Shown here in pieces: positions 10,221 through 19,094 of a DNA stretch of 64,000 bases. Origin of the DNA: Acidobacteriota bacterium (GTDB taxonomy: Bacteria; Acidobacteriota; Thermoanaerobaculia; Multivoradales; UBA5704); NCBI GenBank assembly GCA_040005235.1, contig JBDTZG010000020.1:1-64000 (forward strand). The letters run 5' to 3'. Every line of letters begins with the position of its first letter. Within the stretch, counting starts at the first letter, position 1. The notes beneath the pieces are model-generated. The model made no database searches. It saw only the letters and a program-made list of their open reading frames with translations, and was not told where the DNA came from. Position numbers and translations under genes: made by a program.

Positions 10221-10730
10221 CTACGCGCCGCCGGGGTTCGACTTCCCGCCTTCGCGGGAGAGGAAATTCTCGACCGAGAGCAGTCGATCGGTGCCGGCGC
10301 GCTGGATGACCTGGAGCAGATTGCCCATCGAGCTCATCTCTTCGAGCTGCTCGTCGACGAACCAATCGAGGAACCGGCGGGCGATGTGGTTCTTATCCTC
10401 GACCGCGATGTCGAGCAGATCGTAGATCTGCTGCGTCACTTGCTTTTCCCACTGAAGGGCAAGCTGCGCCGCCTCCTCGGCGGAGGCGAAATCGCATTTC
10501 GACTTGGCGATCGCCGGGATTTCCACCCGGCCGCCGACGTCGACCACGAATTTGACGAATTTCATCGCGTGCATCCGCTCTTCGTCCGCCTGGCGATAGA
10601 AGAAGCTCGCAAGCTCCGGCAGCGCCGCGGAATCGAAATAGGCGGCCGAGGCGATGTATTGAATCGATGCGCCCATCTCATGGGCGATCTGGGCGTTGAA
10701 GGCGGCGATCAGGCGTTCGCTGGCGTACAT
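10221..10730 (-). CDS. ftn: Non-heme ferritin
   Basis: FNAQIAHE...Y...FFYRQADEERMHAMKF...WEKQVT...FLDWFVDEQLEE ferroxidase centre; GGAG RBS. Confidence 0.92.
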   Translation of the reverse strand: MYASERLIAAFNAQIAHEMGASIQYIASAAYFDSAALPELASFFYRQADEERMHAMKFVKFVVDVGGRVEIPAIAKSKCDFASAEEAAQLALQWEKQVTQQIYDLLDIAVEDKNHIARRFLDWFVDEQLEEMSSMGNLLQVIQRAGTDRLLSVENFLSREGGKSNPGGA

Positions 10731-10764
10731 TTAGTCTCCTCTTTGGGCATTCACCTGCAAGGTA

Positions 10765-12156
10765 TCAGCATTCGATGACGTTGATCGCGAGACCGCCGCG
10801 CGAGGTCTCTTTGTATTTGGTCTTCATGTCGGCGCCGGTCTCCCGCATGGTTTTGATCACCCGGTCGAGCGACACCTTGTGCGAGCCGTCGCCGCGCTGG
10901 GCCAGACGCGCGGCGTTGATCGCCTTGACGGCGCCCATGGCGTTCCGCTCGATGCAGGGAATCTGCACCAGACCGCCGACCGGGTCGCAGGTAAGGCCCA
11001 GGTTGTGCTCCATGCCGATCTCGGCGGCGTTTTCGACTTGAATCGTCGGTCCACCGAGCGCGGCGACCAGGCCGGCCGCGGCCATCGAGCAGGCGACGCC
11101 CACCTCTCCCTGACAGCCGACCTCGGCGCCGGAGATCGAGGCATTCTCCTTATAGAGAATGCCGATCGCCGCCGCGGTGAGCAGGAAGCGGATCACCCCT
11201 TCGTCGTCGGCACCGGGGGTGAGCCCGCGGTAATAGTGCAAGACGGCTGGAATGATCCCCGCGGCGCCATTGGTCGGCGCGGTGACCACGCGGCCGCCCG
11301 CGGCGTTTTCTTCGTTCACCGCGAGGGCATAGAGGTTCACCCAGTCGAGCAGGGTGAGCGGATCTTGAAGGGCAGCCTCGGGCCGGCTGGTCAGCTCTTT
11401 GAACAGGCGGGATGCCCGGCGCTTGACGTGCAGGCTGCCTGGTAACACTCCGCCCTCGCTGCACCCCCGGGCGACACAAGCCTGCATGGCACCCCAAATC
11501 TTGAAGAGCCCGGCGCGGATCTCCTCCTCCGAACGCCAAGCCTTCTCGTTTTCGAGCATCAGTTGCCAGATCGCCAGGCCCTGCTCGCGCGACAGGCGCA
11601 GGAGGTCCGCACCCGAGAAAAACGGAAAGGGCTGCGGCGTCTCATCCCGAACCAGCCGATCGGCCCCGGCAGAAATCTCATCTACCACGAACCCACCGCC
11701 CACCGAGTAATAGATCCGCTCTTCGACAATCTCCCCCGCCGCATCGAACGCGCGGAACCGCATGCCGTTCGAATGAAGAGGAAGAATCTCGCGCCGATTG
11801 AAGACCAGGTCGCGCTTCTCCTCAAACCCGATCTCGACTCCCAACCCCTTTGCCCGCAGCGGACCCAGCCGAAGCGTCTCGCGAATGGCGGCCACCCGCG
11901 TCCCCATCGCGGCCGGATCGACCTCCTCCGGCGTCTCCCCTTCCAACCCCATCAAAACCGCTTTATCTGTGCCATGCCCTTTGCCGGTCATCGCCAGCGA
12001 CCCATACAGAGTCGCCTCGATCCGCGCGAGACCCGCCACCTGCCCCTGGCGCTCCAACCGCTCCACGAACCGCTTCGCCGCCCGCATCGGCCCCACCGTA
12101 TGAGAACTCGAAGGGCCGATGCCGATCGTGAACAGGTCGAAAATGCTGATGGCCAT
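10765..12156 (-). CDS. sdaA: L-serine ammonia-lyase (Fe-S dependent, single chain)
   Basis: [83 protein letters not shown]. Confidence 0.96.
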   Translation of the reverse strand: MAISIFDLFTIGIGPSSSHTVGPMRAAKRFVERLERQGQVAGLARIEATLYGSLAMTGKGHGTDKAVLMGLEGETPEEVDPAAMGTRVAAIRETLRLGPLRAKGLGVEIGFEEKRDLVFNRREILPLHSNGMRFRAFDAAGEIVEERIYYSVGGGFVVDEISAGADRLVRDETPQPFPFFSGADLLRLSREQGLAIWQLMLENEKAWRSEEEIRAGLFKIWGAMQACVARGCSEGGVLPGSLHVKRRASRLFKELTSRPEAALQDPLTLLDWVNLYALAVNEENAAGGRVVTAPTNGAAGIIPAVLHYYRGLTPGADDEGVIRFLLTAAAIGILYKENASISGAEVGCQGEVGVACSMAAAGLVAALGGPTIQVENAAEIGMEHNLGLTCDPVGGLVQIPCIERNAMGAVKAINAARLAQRGDGSHKVSLDRVIKTMRETGADMKTKYKETSRGGLAINVIEC

Positions 12157-12236
12157 GCGGTAGGGGAGCCTCCGGTTGGGGGGTGGATCATATGCGAGGG
12201 GAGCGGGGCGGCCTTCCGGCACGACGGGATGTCGAT

Positions 12237-12484
12237 CAAAAAAGATCGAACTTTTTCGGAAAAAGAGTGAAATCGAGCGCCTCAAAAGTGAACTCGAACC
12301 GTTGAAAAGCGAACTTTTTCGGAAAAAGATCGAACTTCAGCCGTTCGAGAACGTTCTCGAAGAGCCGGGAAGCGAACTTGGCGCCTCAAAAGTGAACTCG
12401 AGCCGCTGAAAAGCGAACTTGCCCTGCTGAAAAGCGAACTTGAGGCGCTCACGAGCGAACTTCAAGAGCTGGAGAACGAACTTT
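12237..12484. repeat. Degenerate 21-nt tandem repeat array (consensus ~CTGAAAAGCGAACTTnnnnnn)
   Basis: AAAAG(C/T)GAACT-like units recur every 21 nt. The + frame reads [28 protein letters not shown] with one frameshift near 12380. Confidence 0.85.
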
Positions 12485-12887
12485 GGGGGGGCCGCGACCT
12501 CTTGCCCGCCGGCCGGCGGCTCGAAAGGCGTGAGCGCGGCGGCGAGGGTCGTGCGCACCCGCCCAGGAGGAAAGTAGGGAGTTATCCTTCAGCGGCCCGC
12601 TCCTCGACCAACTCGGCCACGGAGTCTCGGTGCCGCTCGCGTTTTCCCGGGGGAAAAAGTCGCCGCGCGGTCCCACCCGCTGGAGTTGCGAATTTCGAGG
12701 GAGCCTCTGTATAAGGCTGGAGACCTTCGGAGACCGGGGAATGGGTCGTTCCAGGAAGCAAGCTCGGATTCTTCGGTGCCGAATTCGCGTTGGCGCGTGA
12801 AAAGATCACTGCCTCGGTCGGGCGAACCTCTCTGCTCGGCGCGGAAATCACTCCGTCGCGTGCGCGAACTGGTGCGCGGAGCCGCGG

Positions 12888-13400
12888 CACCGGTCAGATG
12901 AACCAGAACACCGGTGAGCTGGACGACGACACCGGTTCGCCGGGCCAGGGCACCGGTGAGATGAGCCGTACCAGCAGTGCGCTGAGCCAGGGCACCGGTG
13001 AGTGGGGCCGTGACAGCAGTGCGCTGGGCCAGAGCACCAGTTAGCTGGACCGTAACACCAGTGCGCTGGGCCAGGGCACCGGTGAGCTGGACCGTGACAC
13101 CAGTGCGCTGGGCCAGAGCACCAGTTAGCTGGACCGTAACACCAGTGCGCAGGGCCAGAGCACCGGTGAGCTGGACCGTGACACCAGTGCGCTGGACCAG
13201 GGCACCAGTTAGCTGGGCCGTAACACCAATGCGCCGGGCCAGAGCACCGGTGACGTGGACCGTGGCACCCGTGTGCTGAACGGGAAAACCTGTGGGCTCG
13301 GCCGGCACACCGGTGAGCTGAGCCAGAACACCGGTTGATGAGAGCCGTAACACCCGTCCAGGTAACCGCGCCACCGGTGGTCCCGGCGGCCGAAGAGGTG
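12888..13400. repeat. 21/42/84-nt hierarchical tandem repeat array (CACC(A/G)GT cores)
   Basis: CACCAGTGCGCTGGGCCAGAG / CACCGGTGAGCTGGACCGTGA / CACCAGTTAGCTGGACCGTAA units; the minus frame reads TGALAQR-TGVTVQL. Confidence 0.92.
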
Positions 13401-13519
13401 AGAGGAACCGCAACACCGGGATGGTGGGCCTCGACACCGCCGGCCGGCAGCTCAAATGGGGTGAGCGCGGCGGCGAAGGTCTTGGGCTCCCGCGCCGAGG
13501 TCCGCGATAAGATCACATC

Positions 13520-13753
13520 ATGGAGATCCGAGGCCGGGCCGCTGATCGTCACGGTCGCATCTGGGAGGCGCGGGTGCTGACCTTCGAGGAGGCCGAGGAG
13601 GAGGACTTCCGTTTCTGGCACGACGAGCTGACGCCCGAGGAGCGGGTGGTGGTGGCGATGGATTGCCTCATGGACAGCCTTAAGGCTCAGGGGATCGATG
13701 AACTACCCCGATTACGAGGACTTTCTCGAGTCGTGCAACGCGAGGAGCGTTAG
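13520..13753 (+). CDS. Small hypothetical protein (putative partner/antitoxin of the downstream nucleotidyltransferase)
   Basis: 77 aa with FEEAEEEDFRFWHDELTPEERV, a motif I associate with small genes preceding this NTase family. Overlaps the next ORF; TAAGAT lies 6 nt upstream. Confidence 0.65.
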   Translation: MEIRGRAADRHGRIWEARVLTFEEAEEEDFRFWHDELTPEERVVVAMDCLMDSLKAQGIDELPRLRGLSRVVQREER

Positions 13754-14165
13754 GTACCTCATCGTCGGCGGCTTCGCGTTCTCGTTTCATGCGATCCCGA
13801 GAGCGACGAAGGATCTCGACCTCTTCATCGATCCGACCCCCGAGAACGTCGACGCCGCGCTCGCGGCGATCCGCGAATTCTTTGGCGGCGATGAGATGAA
13901 AATCCTCGCCGCGGATCTGATGGAGCCTGGGCGCTTCATTCAGCTCGGCGTCTCTCCTCACCGCATCGACCTGATGAATCGCCTCGCCAGCCGGGTCGAT
14001 TTCGGGGAGGCCTGGGAACGCCGCTGTAGCGCCAGATTCGGCAGAGTCCCCGCCTTCTACCTCGACCTGGACGATCTGATTCGAGAGAAAAAAAGTTCCG
14101 GACGCCCCCAGGATCTCGTCGACCTCGCCGGCCTCCAGAGGGCAAAGCAGCGGAAAACTCCCTGA
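13698..14165 (+). CDS. Nucleotidyltransferase-like protein (DUF6036/AbiEii-like)
   Basis: YLIVGGFAFSFHAIPRATKDLDLFI (GG...DxD) and C-terminal LIREKKSSGRPQDLVD. Confidence 0.8.
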   Translation: MNYPDYEDFLESCNARSVRYLIVGGFAFSFHAIPRATKDLDLFIDPTPENVDAALAAIREFFGGDEMKILAADLMEPGRFIQLGVSPHRIDLMNRLASRVDFGEAWERRCSARFGRVPAFYLDLDDLIREKKSSGRPQDLVDLAGLQRAKQRKTP

Positions 14166-14238
14166 TCTCCTACGAGAACCTGGACGGTTGCACCTTGAAA
14201 AGCTGGATATCTCAGCCTGCCAGGCATAAACTGTCCGC

Positions 14239-15435
14239 ATGTGGGTCCCAAGGCTTCTCTCTCAGCAAGTGCTTTCGGCGGCGCGCCAATACCCTGCGCT
14301 GGTCGTAACCGGTGCCCGCCAAACCGGCAAGACCGCCCTTTTGCGGCATTTATTCGACTCCGCGGATTTCGCATCTCTCGACCTTCCCTCGGCGGCCGCC
14401 CAGGCCGATGAGCGGGGCGAGGAGTTTCTTCGCGGGTTTACCGAGCCGGTGATTCTCGACGAGGTGCAGTACGCACCGGGATTGTTTCGCCATCTCAAGC
14501 TCGCGATTGACGCGAAGCGAGAAGAACGCGGGCGGTTTTTGATGACCGGCTCGCAGAAGTACTCCCTCATGCAATCGCTGTCGGAGAGCCTGGCGGGGCG
14601 GTGCGCGGTGCTCGAGCTCGACACGCTCGCGAGCGTCGAGATCTTTTCCGCCTTTCCGGAGGAGGAGATCCTCACCGAGGAGATTATTTGGCGCGGCGGC
14701 TTCCCCGAGCTCTGGCGCGATCGGGAGAACGAGCCGCGGCTGTTCTATTCGAGCTATGTCGCCACCTATCTGGAGCGAGATGTCCGTTTGGCCCTGCGGG
14801 TTGGGAGCCTGCGCGATTTCGAACGATTCCTCCGCGCCTGTGCTCTGCGCTCCGGCAACCTGCTCAATCTGAGCGAGCTGGCGCGCGACATCGGCATCGC
14901 CAGTTCGACCGCACGCGACTGGCTCTCGGTCCTGGAGGCCTCGAATCAGCTTCTCCTCCTCGAACCCTATTTCGACAACCCCACGAAGCGGATGGTCAAA
15001 TCGCCCAAGCTCTACTTCCGCGACACGGGCCTGCTTTGCTTCCTGCTCGGCCTCGAAACCCCGGCCGCCCTGGCCGCCTCTTCCCTCGCCGGGGCGGTCT
15101 GGGAGACCTTCGTTCTCGGCCAGATCCTGCGCGCGCGAACCGCCGCGGGCTCCGCCGGAAAAGTGTTTTTCTGGCGCGACGCGCGGGGCGTCGAGGTCGA
15201 CTTCGTGATCGAACGCAACGGCCGCATCCGCTTGATCGAGGCGAAATGGACCGAGTCCTTTTCCGACCCGCGAGCGCTGAAACCGCTGCTTGCGGTGCGC
15301 GAGGAGCTCGGGGACCGCGCCGAGACCGAGCACTGGGTGGCGAGCCGGACCCGCCATGCCCATACCCCGCGAGGGGTCGAGGGCGTCCGCCTGATCGACA
15401 CCGCGCGGTTCTCGGGTTGGTTCGAGGATTCATAG
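14239..15435 (+). CDS. AAA_14 ATPase with DUF4143 domain and C-terminal PD-(D/E)xK-like motif
   Basis: Walker A TGARQTGKT, ILDEVQY, LMTGSQ, ESLAGR, KSPKLYFRDTGL, EVDFVIE...IEAK. Confidence 0.9.
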   Translation: MWVPRLLSQQVLSAARQYPALVVTGARQTGKTALLRHLFDSADFASLDLPSAAAQADERGEEFLRGFTEPVILDEVQYAPGLFRHLKLAIDAKREERGRFLMTGSQKYSLMQSLSESLAGRCAVLELDTLASVEIFSAFPEEEILTEEIIWRGGFPELWRDRENEPRLFYSSYVATYLERDVRLALRVGSLRDFERFLRACALRSGNLLNLSELARDIGIASSTARDWLSVLEASNQLLLLEPYFDNPTKRMVKSPKLYFRDTGLLCFLLGLETPAALAASSLAGAVWETFVLGQILRARTAAGSAGKVFFWRDARGVEVDFVIERNGRIRLIEAKWTESFSDPRALKPLLAVREELGDRAETEHWVASRTRHAHTPRGVEGVRLIDTARFSGWFEDS

Positions 15436-15575
15436 GCCGCCGGCCCAGGAACAACTCCGCCCGATCCGCTGTTGTCTCCGGACGGACCGGCCGCCGCGGA
15501 TATACTCCCGGCCGAGCTTCGAAGGCCGCCTTCCGGCTAGCCGCTTTTCCGTTCCAGGAGGTCAGTTTCGTCCCC

Positions 15576-16586
15576 ATGTCCATTTCCGAGTCTGCGTCGA
15601 ACACGTCTACGAATCCCGTCTATCGTCTGATCATCCTCGGCTCCGGCCCGGCCGGATTGACCGCTGCGCTCTATGCCGCGCGGGCTGATCTGGCTCCTTT
15701 GGTGCTCGAAGGGAACCAGCCGGGCGGCCAGTTGACGATCACCACCGAGGTCGAAAACTTCCCCGGTTTCCCCCAGGGGATTCTCGGTCCCGAGCTGATG
15801 GAAAAAATGCGCGAGCAGGCTCAGCGCTTCGGCGCGCAGGTGAAGTTTGAGGCGGCGATTGACCTCGATCTGTCCGAGCGCCCGTTTACCGTGCGCACCG
15901 ACGAAGGCGTCTACCGCGCCCACTCGCTGATCCTTTCGACCGGCGCCACGGCGAAGCTCGGCGGCTTGGCGGCCGATCAGGAGCTGATGGGCTACGGCAT
16001 TTCCGCCTGCGCCACCTGCGACGGTTTCTTCTTCCGCGACAAGGAGGTCGTGGTGGTCGGAGGCGGCGACTCGGCGATGGAAGAGGCGATGTTCCTCACC
16101 AAGTACGCCTCCAAGGTCACCGTTTTCCATCGTCGGCGCGAGCTGCGCGCCTCGCGGATCATGCAGGACCGGGCTCTCACCAATCCAAAGATCGCCTGGC
16201 TGTGGAATTCCGAAGTGATCCACGTCCTCGGCGACCGAGAGACTGGCGTCACCGGCATTCAGGTGCGCGATACCGAGACCAGCGCTTTAAGCGAGTACCC
16301 GGCGCAGGGGCTGTTTTATGCCATCGGCCACGTGCCGAACACCCAGCTGTTCAAGGGCAAGCTCGAAATGAACGCGGGCGGATACTTGATCGTCGACGAA
16401 CCCTCGACCCGCACCCAAATCCCCGGCGTGTTCGCGGCGGGCGATGTGACCGACCCGACCTACCGCCAGGCGATTTCCTCGGCCGGCAGCGGCTGCAAGG
16501 CGGCGATCGACGCGGAGCGATTCCTCTCTGAACACGCGGTGGAGCCGCTGGCTGTACCGGTTCTGGCAGAAAAGGCGGCCCACTGA
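15576..16586 (+). CDS. trxB: Thioredoxin-disulfide reductase
   Basis: ILGSGPAGLTAALY, GGQLTITTEVENFPGFP, SACATCDGFF, VVGGGDSAMEEA, GVFAAGDV; CAGGAGG RBS. Confidence 0.96.
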   Translation: MSISESASNTSTNPVYRLIILGSGPAGLTAALYAARADLAPLVLEGNQPGGQLTITTEVENFPGFPQGILGPELMEKMREQAQRFGAQVKFEAAIDLDLSERPFTVRTDEGVYRAHSLILSTGATAKLGGLAADQELMGYGISACATCDGFFFRDKEVVVVGGGDSAMEEAMFLTKYASKVTVFHRRRELRASRIMQDRALTNPKIAWLWNSEVIHVLGDRETGVTGIQVRDTETSALSEYPAQGLFYAIGHVPNTQLFKGKLEMNAGGYLIVDEPSTRTQIPGVFAAGDVTDPTYRQAISSAGSGCKAAIDAERFLSEHAVEPLAVPVLAEKAAH

Positions 16587-18091
16587 TGTCGAAGCGACCG
16601 ACCACACTTGGGGCATTGCGCGAAACCGGCTATCGCCCCCGTTCGGTGAAAAGCGAGCTGCGCGCCAATTTGCGCGAACGGATCAAGTCCGGCAAGCCGC
16701 TCTTTTCCGGGATTCTCGGCTACGACCGGACAGTCATTCCCGGCGTGGTGAATGCCCTGCTCGCGGGGCATGACTTCATCCTGCTCGGCCTGCGCGGCCA
16801 GGCGAAGACGCGCATCCTGCGCGGGTTGATCGATTTTCTCGACCCGGAGGTGCCGATCCTCACCGGTTCCGAGCTGAACGACGATCCGCTCGCGCCGATC
16901 TCGGTCCCCGGCCAGCGCCGGGTGGCCGAAGCGGGCGACGAAACGTCGATCGAATGGCTGCCGCGCGAGGCGCGCTACAACGAGAAGCTCGCAACGCCGG
17001 ATGTCTCGATCGCCGACCTGCTGGGCGACATCGACCCGATCAAGGCCGCCACCCGGCGCCTCACGTTCGCCGATCCGGAGGTGATCCACTTCGGCATCAT
17101 CCCGCGGACCAACCGGGGGATCTTCGCGATCAACGAGCTGCCCGACTTGGCGCCGCGCATTCAGGTCGGCTTGTTCAACCTGCTCGAAGAGCGCGACCTG
17201 CAGATCCGCGGATTTCCCGTGCGCATCCCGCTCGACCTGATGATGTGCTTTTCGGCGAACCCCGAGGACTACACGAACCGCGGCTCGATCATCACGCCGC
17301 TCAAAGACCGGATCGCCTCGCAGATCCTCACCCACTATCCGCCGGACGCCGAGACCTCGGCCGCGATCACCCGCCAGGAGGCGTGGACCGACCGCGACGT
17401 GCCGGGCCTGGAAATCCCCGACGAGATCCGCATGCTGGTCGAAGAGATCTCGATCGTGGCGCGCGAAAGCGAGCTGGTCGATCAGTCCTCAGGTGTCTCG
17501 GCGCGGGTGGCGATCGCCGCTCTCGAATTGCTCACCTCGAACCTCGAACGCCGGCAGCTGAAGACGAACGAGGCGCAGATCTTCCCTCGGTTGGCCGACC
17601 TGCAAATGCTGCTTCCCGCCATCACCGGCAAGGTCGAGATGGTCTACGAAGGGGAGCAGCAGGGGGCCGAAGTGGTCGCCCGCCGCCTAATCGGCCTCGC
17701 GGTGAAGAAGGTATTCGACGCCGGCTTCCCCGAGATCGGCAAAGAGCTGGGCAGCCGCGGCGTGGACGACGACGGGCCGTATTCGGGGATCGTCCGCTGG
17801 TTCGCGGCGGGCAACGAAGTCTCGCTCTCGGACGAGCAGACCGCCACCGAGTACCACGGCGAGCTGGCGCGCGTTCCCGGCCTGTTCGACCTCGTCGAGC
17901 GCTACCGCGGCCAGAGCGCCACGGAAGCCGAAAAAGCGCTCGCCGCCGAAATCGTGCTCGAAGGGCTGCACCAGCATCTCAAGCTCGCCCGCCACGACCT
18001 CGACAGCCGGATCAGCTACAAGGAGCTGGTGAAGTTCCAACTCCTGAAGCCGCGGCGACGGGGCGGCCGGTCGGAGAGCGATCTGAACTAA
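16586..18091 (+). CDS. ChlI/MoxR-like AAA+ ATPase ('magnesium chelatase' family, Rv0958-like)
   Basis: LLGLRGQAKTR variant Walker A, INELPDL, SANPEDYTNRGSIITPLKDRIASQILTHYP; coupled to trxB by a TGATG overlap. Confidence 0.88.
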   Translation: MSKRPTTLGALRETGYRPRSVKSELRANLRERIKSGKPLFSGILGYDRTVIPGVVNALLAGHDFILLGLRGQAKTRILRGLIDFLDPEVPILTGSELNDDPLAPISVPGQRRVAEAGDETSIEWLPREARYNEKLATPDVSIADLLGDIDPIKAATRRLTFADPEVIHFGIIPRTNRGIFAINELPDLAPRIQVGLFNLLEERDLQIRGFPVRIPLDLMMCFSANPEDYTNRGSIITPLKDRIASQILTHYPPDAETSAAITRQEAWTDRDVPGLEIPDEIRMLVEEISIVARESELVDQSSGVSARVAIAALELLTSNLERRQLKTNEAQIFPRLADLQMLLPAITGKVEMVYEGEQQGAEVVARRLIGLAVKKVFDAGFPEIGKELGSRGVDDDGPYSGIVRWFAAGNEVSLSDEQTATEYHGELARVPGLFDLVERYRGQSATEAEKALAAEIVLEGLHQHLKLARHDLDSRISYKELVKFQLLKPRRRGGRSESDLN

Positions 18092-18103
18092 AGGGACGAT
18101 GAC

Positions 18104-18131
18104 ACCGGGCGGAGGAGACCCGCCGCCCGGT
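18104..18131. terminator. Hairpin between the convergent AAA gene and the small peptide gene
   Basis: ACCGGGCGG...CCGCCCGGT inverted repeat. Confidence 0.65.
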
Positions 18132-18146
18132 CGCTTCATCGCTCGA

Positions 18147-18320
18147 CTAGGCGCAGGGGCAGCTGTTGGCCGCGCCACCCGTGGCGCAGCAAACGATCCG
18201 GCTCTTGGTGCAGGTGAAATTGCAGGTCGCGGTGTTGATGTCGCCCGCCACCGCTTCCCGGCTGTCGATCTGGCGCAAAGTTTCCCGCGAAAGCGACAAC
18301 TTCAGGTTCCGCTTCTTCAT
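18147..18320 (-). CDS. Putative RiPP (lanthipeptide-like) precursor peptide, 57 aa; not in the ORF track
   Basis: MKKRNLKLSLSRETLRQIDSREAVAG-DINTATCNFTCTKSRIVCCATGGAANSCPCA*. GAGGGAGGAGAGGG RBS upstream, hairpin downstream, KLxLxRETL leader, Cys/Thr/Ser-rich core. Confidence 0.82.
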   Translation of the reverse strand: MKKRNLKLSLSRETLRQIDSREAVAGDINTATCNFTCTKSRIVCCATGGAANSCPCA

Positions 18321-18433
18321 TTCCCTCTCCTCCCTCGATTCGAGACGATCCCTTTCGCCCCGCTACATCCTCAGTGCCGCGAGAGGGCGTTTCTGGGGCT
18401 TTGAGGTCCCTCGGATCGTGCGATGATCTCCCC

Positions 18434-19036
18434 ATGGCGATCGCACAGACGAAACCGCGCCTCTCCCCGGCGGAGTACCTGGAAATCGAACGGGCGGCCG
18501 AGACCAAGAGCGAGTACATCGAAGGCGAGATGTACGCGATGAGCGGCGCGAGCTACGCTCACAACGTGATCGTGACAAATCTCGGTGCCGGCCTTCACGC
18601 CGCGCTCAAGGGCGGTCCGTGTCGCCCGGTCGTAAGCGACATGCGGGTTAAGGACGACAGCTCGGAGCTGTACACCTACCCGGATGTCGTGGTCGTCTGC
18701 GGTAAGCCGCGGTTCGAGGAAGAAGCCTACCTCGACACCCTGATCAACCCGGTTTTGCTGATCGAGGTTCTGTCACCCTCGACCGAGCGCCACGACCGGG
18801 GCCTCAAATTCGCCTACTACCGTTCGATTCCGTCGCTCCGCGAAGTGCTGTTCGTCGCCCAAGACCGACCGGTCGTCGAGCGCTACACCCGAATGAACAA
18901 CGGCGACTGGGCGCTGCACGTTACCGAAGGGTACGACGCGACGATCGATCTCCCGAGCGTCGGCGTTCAACTGCTGCTCGCCGAGATCTACGACGGCGTC
19001 CCCAAGGGATCTTCCAGGGCGAAGCGGGAATCTTGA
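18434..19036 (+). CDS. Uma2 family endonuclease
   Basis: LSPAEYLEIERAAETKSEYIEGEMYAMSG...YPDVVVVC...NPVLLIEVLSPSTERHDRGLKFAYYRSIPSLRE. Confidence 0.92.
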   Translation: MAIAQTKPRLSPAEYLEIERAAETKSEYIEGEMYAMSGASYAHNVIVTNLGAGLHAALKGGPCRPVVSDMRVKDDSSELYTYPDVVVVCGKPRFEEEAYLDTLINPVLLIEVLSPSTERHDRGLKFAYYRSIPSLREVLFVAQDRPVVERYTRMNNGDWALHVTEGYDATIDLPSVGVQLLLAEIYDGVPKGSSRAKRES

Positions 19037-19094
19037 GCCCCGGACTCCGCTTCTCCTCTTCATGACCCTCGGCTCAACCGTCTAAACTCCGCCC

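Noticed and set aside
13042-13212. Amber (pyrrolysine) readthrough of three in-frame TAGs
   Set aside because: All three lie in the same 84-nt repeat context, so one mutation copied by expansion explains them. TAG is a normal stop elsewhere in the window and no pyl genes are seen.
12888-13400. CRISPR array
   Set aside because: Units are contiguous 21-mers without unique spacers, and there are no cas genes in the window.
14601-15575. N-terminal extensions in the ORF track for trxB (likewise sdaA, ypfJ, second pilT, first Uma2)
   Set aside because: The extensions overlap neighbouring genes in another frame and are Arg/Gly-rich noise; better downstream starts have an RBS, a -10 box or stop-start coupling.
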